A DNA stretch of 64,000 nucleotides from NCBI GenBank assembly GCA_965216875.1, contig OZ244207.1:3744001-3808000 (forward strand). Reading direction: 5' to 3'. Every line of letters begins with the position of its first letter. Positions within the stretch are counted from its first letter, which is position 1. Below are positions 60,019 through 64,000 of the stretch, one piece after another. Both the position numbers and the translations under genes were made by a program. This DNA is from Rubripirellula sp. (GTDB taxonomy: Bacteria > Planctomycetota > Planctomycetia > Pirellulales > Pirellulaceae). The notes beneath the pieces were generated by a model that was not told where the DNA came from, searched no databases, and saw nothing but the letters and a program-made list of their open reading frames with translations.

Positions 60019-60145
60019 CGTAGCTACGCTCGCCAGAGCGTGGGGTTTTGAAAAACGCTCGACCAACGCATTCCATGTTCTTGCGAAGGTAGCGACGGTT
60101 TGGAAAGGTCAGCCCGCCCCAGATGTCATGCACAGCATGACCTAC
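60019..60145. repeat. REP family B (inverted, degenerate) and family C arm
   Basis: CGTAGCTACGCTCGCCAGAGCGTGG...GCGAAGGTAGCGACG; GTCATGCACAGCATGACCTACG. Confidence 0.7.
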
Positions 60146-60203
60146 GGCAGCTACAATGAACTCCAACCATTTCAAAGCATCTTCCGTTTGTGGGAACGCT
60201 CTG

Positions 60204-61526
60204 ATGCCAACACTCACTCGCTCGTTCGTGCACTGCGTGCTGTTCGTCGCCGCGTGCTTGGCGACTTGCGTCCCTTGCTTTTCGTCCGAGCCGTTTCGAT
60301 ATGACGACACGGGCGACAAGCTTCCGCGGCCGCGTTTTCACAACATCCAAACGGGATTGCCAGGAGGCATCGAGCGTGATGCGTTGCTTTGGGGTATCGA
60401 TCCGACCGGCACATCAAAGTGGAACCTCGGCTGGTTTGTTTACGGGGCCCAGGATTCGCGTAGCATCGCCATCGGATTCAAAGCGGGCACACCCAGCCAG
60501 CTTTATGTTGACTTGAATCGCGACAAAACCTTTCAAGCCGATGAACGGATCAACGCCGATGATCCTGGCGTCGAAAGTTGGCAAACCAAGATCGATGCCG
60601 AATTCGTTACCGAGTCGGGTGACTTTGAAACGGCAACCCGTTCGATTCGCATTCGACGTTTGGGGGACGAGGCGATCCAAATCGCAACAACCGGCGTGAT
60701 GCGAGGCCAAGTCGAGATTGGTGGCACCTCGATCGCCGCAATCCGGATGGATCGTGACAGCAACGGTCGCTGGTTCGACGCTGCCGATCGCATCGTGTTG
60801 GACCTCAATGGTGACGGCAAAGTCGATTCGATCGGCGGCCGTGTCGCCTGTGAATCAATCACGCGGCTGTTCGGAAAACGCTATGTGCTCAAGAGTGATC
60901 AAGTAGGAACGAGTATCGAATTCGACGAACTCGTTGGGACCGGATCGATCGCTCCTCACCTTCCGCTGAAACCGTCCGTCGAGCTGAGCAAATTCAACGC
61001 TTCGCTTGTTTCGCGTGGTGGAGTTCGCGTTGCACTCGAAGGGCTCGAGCCACGAGACGAATGCCCTGTTGGCCATTATCGAATTGAGTCGCTTTCGTTT
61101 GAGGTCACCGAAGCGGATGAGCAATACGAGTTCTTTTTCTACGGGTCGAACCAGTCGAAGTACCCGTTTGAAGTTTCCGATGCCGGTTCGACCAAAGTCG
61201 ACCTGCTGGGCGAATTGAAACTCGGCGGCGGCCAAACGGTGATCCCGCGTCCGGACGGGGCGATGATCACGATCAACCCATCGCTGACCACCACCAGCGG
61301 TCTCTACATGACCGACTGCAAAGCCGAACAACGAGAAAACCGATTGCTCGTTCGAGCGAGACATGGCGACCACGTTTTCGCGACCGCGTCTTCGGGATTC
61401 TCGTGAGGCAGTCTCTGTCCGGTCTCGGTCCGAGTCCCCCAATCTATTGAACCCCTTCACGTCACGTCGTTGCTTCTCTTTGACGGCGGTCCTCTCGCTG
61501 GCCTCTTGCAAAAGGTTGTTCCCTAG
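60204..61526 (+). CDS. Exported protein with in-frame TGA (61404-61406) followed by a 39-aa Cys-containing extension; candidate selenoprotein / UGA-readthrough product (ends at 61406 if TGA is a true stop; alternative ATG 60156)
   Basis: Signal peptide; DxNxD Ca-binding-like loops (DLNRDK, DRDSNG, DLNGDG); ...SSGFS-TGA-GSLCPVSVRVPQ...FDGGPLAGLLQKVVP-TAG, ending 5 nt before the next ATG. Confidence 0.65.
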
Positions 61527-61531
61527 CCTCA

Positions 61532-64000
61532 ATGCGTACTCTCACTCTTGCCGCACTGTCGCTTGTCGCATCTGTTTCGATCGCAAGTGGCGCCTCGCCC
61601 GTGATTCGTGGAGTCGTTACGTCAAAGGATGACTCGTCGAAGATTGCTGATGCCAAAGTGACACTGGTGGCCGGTGCGGGTTGGCTCAAACAGGCCTACG
61701 CCGAACTGAACCCAGAGCAACCGCAAGTCACCTCAGCCTCCGATGCCGACGGAAACTTTTCGTTGCCATTCCCGCAAACCGATCGACGCTTCTTTCTTCC
61801 CGACAAGCATCACCTTGTCGTCACCGCCCCCGGGTTTCAGCCGCATGTCGTCGACTTGCATTACCAGCGCATCAAAGTCAACGTGCCCCTTGAAATCAAG
61901 CTGCGTCGCGGGGAAGGCTCGACGGTCGCAATCGTTTCACCCGAAAACAAGACGCTCGCTGGCGTACGAGTCGCACCTGCAATTGTTGCCGGCCACCGGA
62001 TTCCTTGGTGCGTCGCTCGATCGCTTGCCAACGTGTCTGACGAAAACGGAAAGGTGACGGTTCAAGGATGCGATGCTGAGACATTGGAAGCGGTGTTCCT
62101 TAGCGGCGATGGTGTCGGAAACCAACGGTCTGGGGTTCGCAAGCAAGCAGGCAAAGGAATCGTCGTGGTCCCGGCCCGGACGCGAGAAGTCGTCGGAAAG
62201 GTGATTCCAGCGGACGGAGAAACGATCGACAACTTGGACGCGACACGGCTATTCGTGATTTCGAGACCGGTGGGGGCGAGTGCCCGTGTGACCAATCCCG
62301 ACAACCTTGGTTGGTCCTTCGCTCACCTCGACGCCGCCGGTAACTTTCGATCGCCCGCCCTCAGCCAAGGACAACTGCAACATCTCCTTGCTTGCCCAAG
62401 TGATTTCCCTTTCCGATTTGATGCCGACAAACAGGTCGAACTGTCGGGCGGAGAAGGGGCGTTCGCTTGGGAAATGGAAATGAGCAAACAGGTTCAGCTG
62501 ATCGCAACGATACGCGAAGCCGGAACCGACACACCTCTCGAAGACATCTCGATCGCAAGTTTTGACGGCCGGCTCGAAGACACCTTCACCGACGCAAGCG
62601 GCAAGGCGAGGTTCTTTCGAGTACGAGACCACGTTTCTTACTACCCGCATGACCATACTGGCGTCCTCTATTTTGACGACACCTTTTATCAGAGTTCAAA
62701 AAAGCTGCCTGTCGATGGCGTGCTTGAACTGGAACCACTCACGCTCAACCGCAGCACCGGGTGGCGTGGCAGTGTGGTGGATGCCGACGGAAAACCGGTT
62801 GCCGGCGCGTCGATTGCTTACGAGTTTGGGCAAGAGCGTTTCCTGACCACGCAACACGTCTTTTCAAATCCAGAAGGCGAATTCAGTCTCTTCGGCGTTG
62901 CTGACCAGACGTCCGTAACGCTGCTGGCCAGCAAAGGGAATTCGCTTTCCGAGAAGCGAAGCGTCATCCTGAACTCCGACGAACCGGTCGAACTGGTGAT
63001 CACGCCTCGCAAAACAGCCGTACCAACGGGAAGGGTTGTTGATCTCGATGGTCATCCTGTTGTGGGGATAAGCGTCAACATACGCCGTGGACAAGTCATG
63101 ATCGCCGAGGGCTACAGCTCGGAAGAGCTGATGGAATCGGAATTCTATGATCGTCCGACGACGGCAACGACCAATGACGACGGACTCTTTGAATTCCCAA
63201 AGACCGTTGACTTCAAAGAACGCGTGCAGATTCGAATCAGTGCTCCCGACTTCTTTAAGCTGCACAGTCCCTATGCTGCGGGAAAGCTGATTGGCGACGA
63301 AGCGGAGGTGTCGTCGGTCGGACGCCTGGAATTGGGCGAGTTTCGCATCATGCGCCGCGGTGCTGAAAGCGAAATCCAAGTCGTCGTGAAATCGGAGGCC
63401 GGTGAGGGCATTGCGAATGCGCGGGTCGCCATCGTCGGTGCGCGCGTCGGCACGGTTCGCGGCACAACAGGCGCCAACGGAACAGCATCGTTTCGTGTAC
63501 CGAAAGGGAAAGCAATCGTCGGAATCTCGGCGCCGGGTTACGCACCGTACTTTGCGCCGCTGGCGAACGACGGCGCCGTCGACTGTCGATTGTCAAAGCA
63601 GACATCGCCCATCACAAACTCGATCCGCAACGTAGAACCGGAAACCTTCTTTGATGCTGCGAACCAGGTCTTTGGTGTCGTTGAACCGGTCGTAGTAAAG
63701 AGCAGTCCCATGCATCGGGTTGGGCTGTACATGCAGGGGCTCGCCGCAACCCAACCGGAGCAATTCTTGGCCTACGTCCAGACGGCTGTGGTGCAGAACC
63801 CGCAAGTCGGGCAGTACGCGTTGATGTATGGCGAGCATGCACTTCGGCAGCAACCCGAGATGGTCGAATTGGTGGTCAACAACCCACTGGTCCCAGCGGA
63901 GTACGCTGCGATGTTGCTTACCCAAGCCGCCTCGATGTCGGACGATCCCGACTTGCATGAGGACTTCTTGGGTGAAGCACTTGCGATGGCACGGAAAAAG
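61532..64000 (+). CDS. Large exported protein with repeated carboxypeptidase-regulatory-like (transthyretin-like) domains; truncated by the window end and absent from the ORF track
   Basis: ATG 61532 MRTLTLAALSLVASVSIASGA signal; repeated G.VVD.DGKPVAGA...T+..G.F motifs; no stop found in this frame to 64000. Confidence 0.85.
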   Translation, partial: MRTLTLAALSLVASVSIASGASPVIRGVVTSKDDSSKIADAKVTLVAGAGWLKQAYAELNPEQPQVTSASDADGNFSLPFPQTDRRFFLPDKHHLVVTAPGFQPHVVDLHYQRIKVNVPLEIKLRRGEGSTVAIVSPENKTLAGVRVAPAIVAGHRIPWCVARSLANVSDENGKVTVQGCDAETLEAVFLSGDGVGNQRSGVRKQAGKGIVVVPARTREVVGKVIPADGETIDNLDATRLFVISRPVGASARVTNPDNLGWSFAHLDAAGNFRSPALSQGQLQHLLACPSDFPFRFDADKQVELSGGEGAFAWEMEMSKQVQLIATIREAGTDTPLEDISIASFDGRLEDTFTDASGKARFFRVRDHVSYYPHDHTGVLYFDDTFYQSSKKLPVDGVLELEPLTLNRSTGWRGSVVDADGKPVAGASIAYEFGQERFLTTQHVFSNPEGEFSLFGVADQTSVTLLASKGNSLSEKRSVILNSDEPVELVITPRKTAVPTGRVVDLDGHPVVGISVNIRRGQVMIAEGYSSEELMESEFYDRPTTATTNDDGLFEFPKTVDFKERVQIRISAPDFFKLHSPYAAGKLIGDEAEVSSVGRLELGEFRIMRRGAESEIQVVVKSEAGEGIANARVAIVGARVGTVRGTTGANGTASFRVPKGKAIVGISAPGYAPYFAPLANDGAVDCRLSKQTSPITNSIRNVEPETFFDAANQVFGVVEPVVVKSSPMHRVGLYMQGLAATQPEQFLAYVQTAVVQNPQVGQYALMYGEHALRQQPEMVELVVNNPLVPAEYAAMLLTQAASMSDDPDLHEDFLGEALAMARKK

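Overview
Core-chromosome window from a GC-rich bacterium whose gene repertoire (DUF1559 protein, SHD1 domain, several ECF sigma factors, Ser/Thr kinase-WD40 protein, methanopterin-type DHPS-like gene, abundant GTAG-type REPs) points to a planctomycete, probably Pirellulaceae. That taxon is an inference. Housekeeping genes are leuS, uvrA, holB, aroB, rpiB, a TsaC-YwlE fusion, a sigma-70 factor, tRNA-Lys(CTT), the futalosine menaquinone genes (ubiA-like/mqnE and mqnA/mqnC) and pabB. No prophage, IS, integrase or CRISPR array was seen. The most notable signal is two exported-protein genes with an in-frame TGA at a cysteine-like redox position. One is a thioredoxin-fold/SHD1 protein reading TGA-Pro-Pro-Cys (55648-56832), in exact register with two CxxC thioredoxins in the same window. 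The other reads SGFS-TGA-GSLC, and its frame continues to 5 nt before the next gene (60204-61526); it sits behind an ECF sigma and a CxxC-bearing anti-sigma candidate. Both suggest UGA recoding (Sec or another route), but no sel genes are in the window. Also seen: two candidate structured RNAs with GGA loops, three sigma-54 promoters, a CheX-histidine kinase fusion, and tandem repeats that straddle stop codons.
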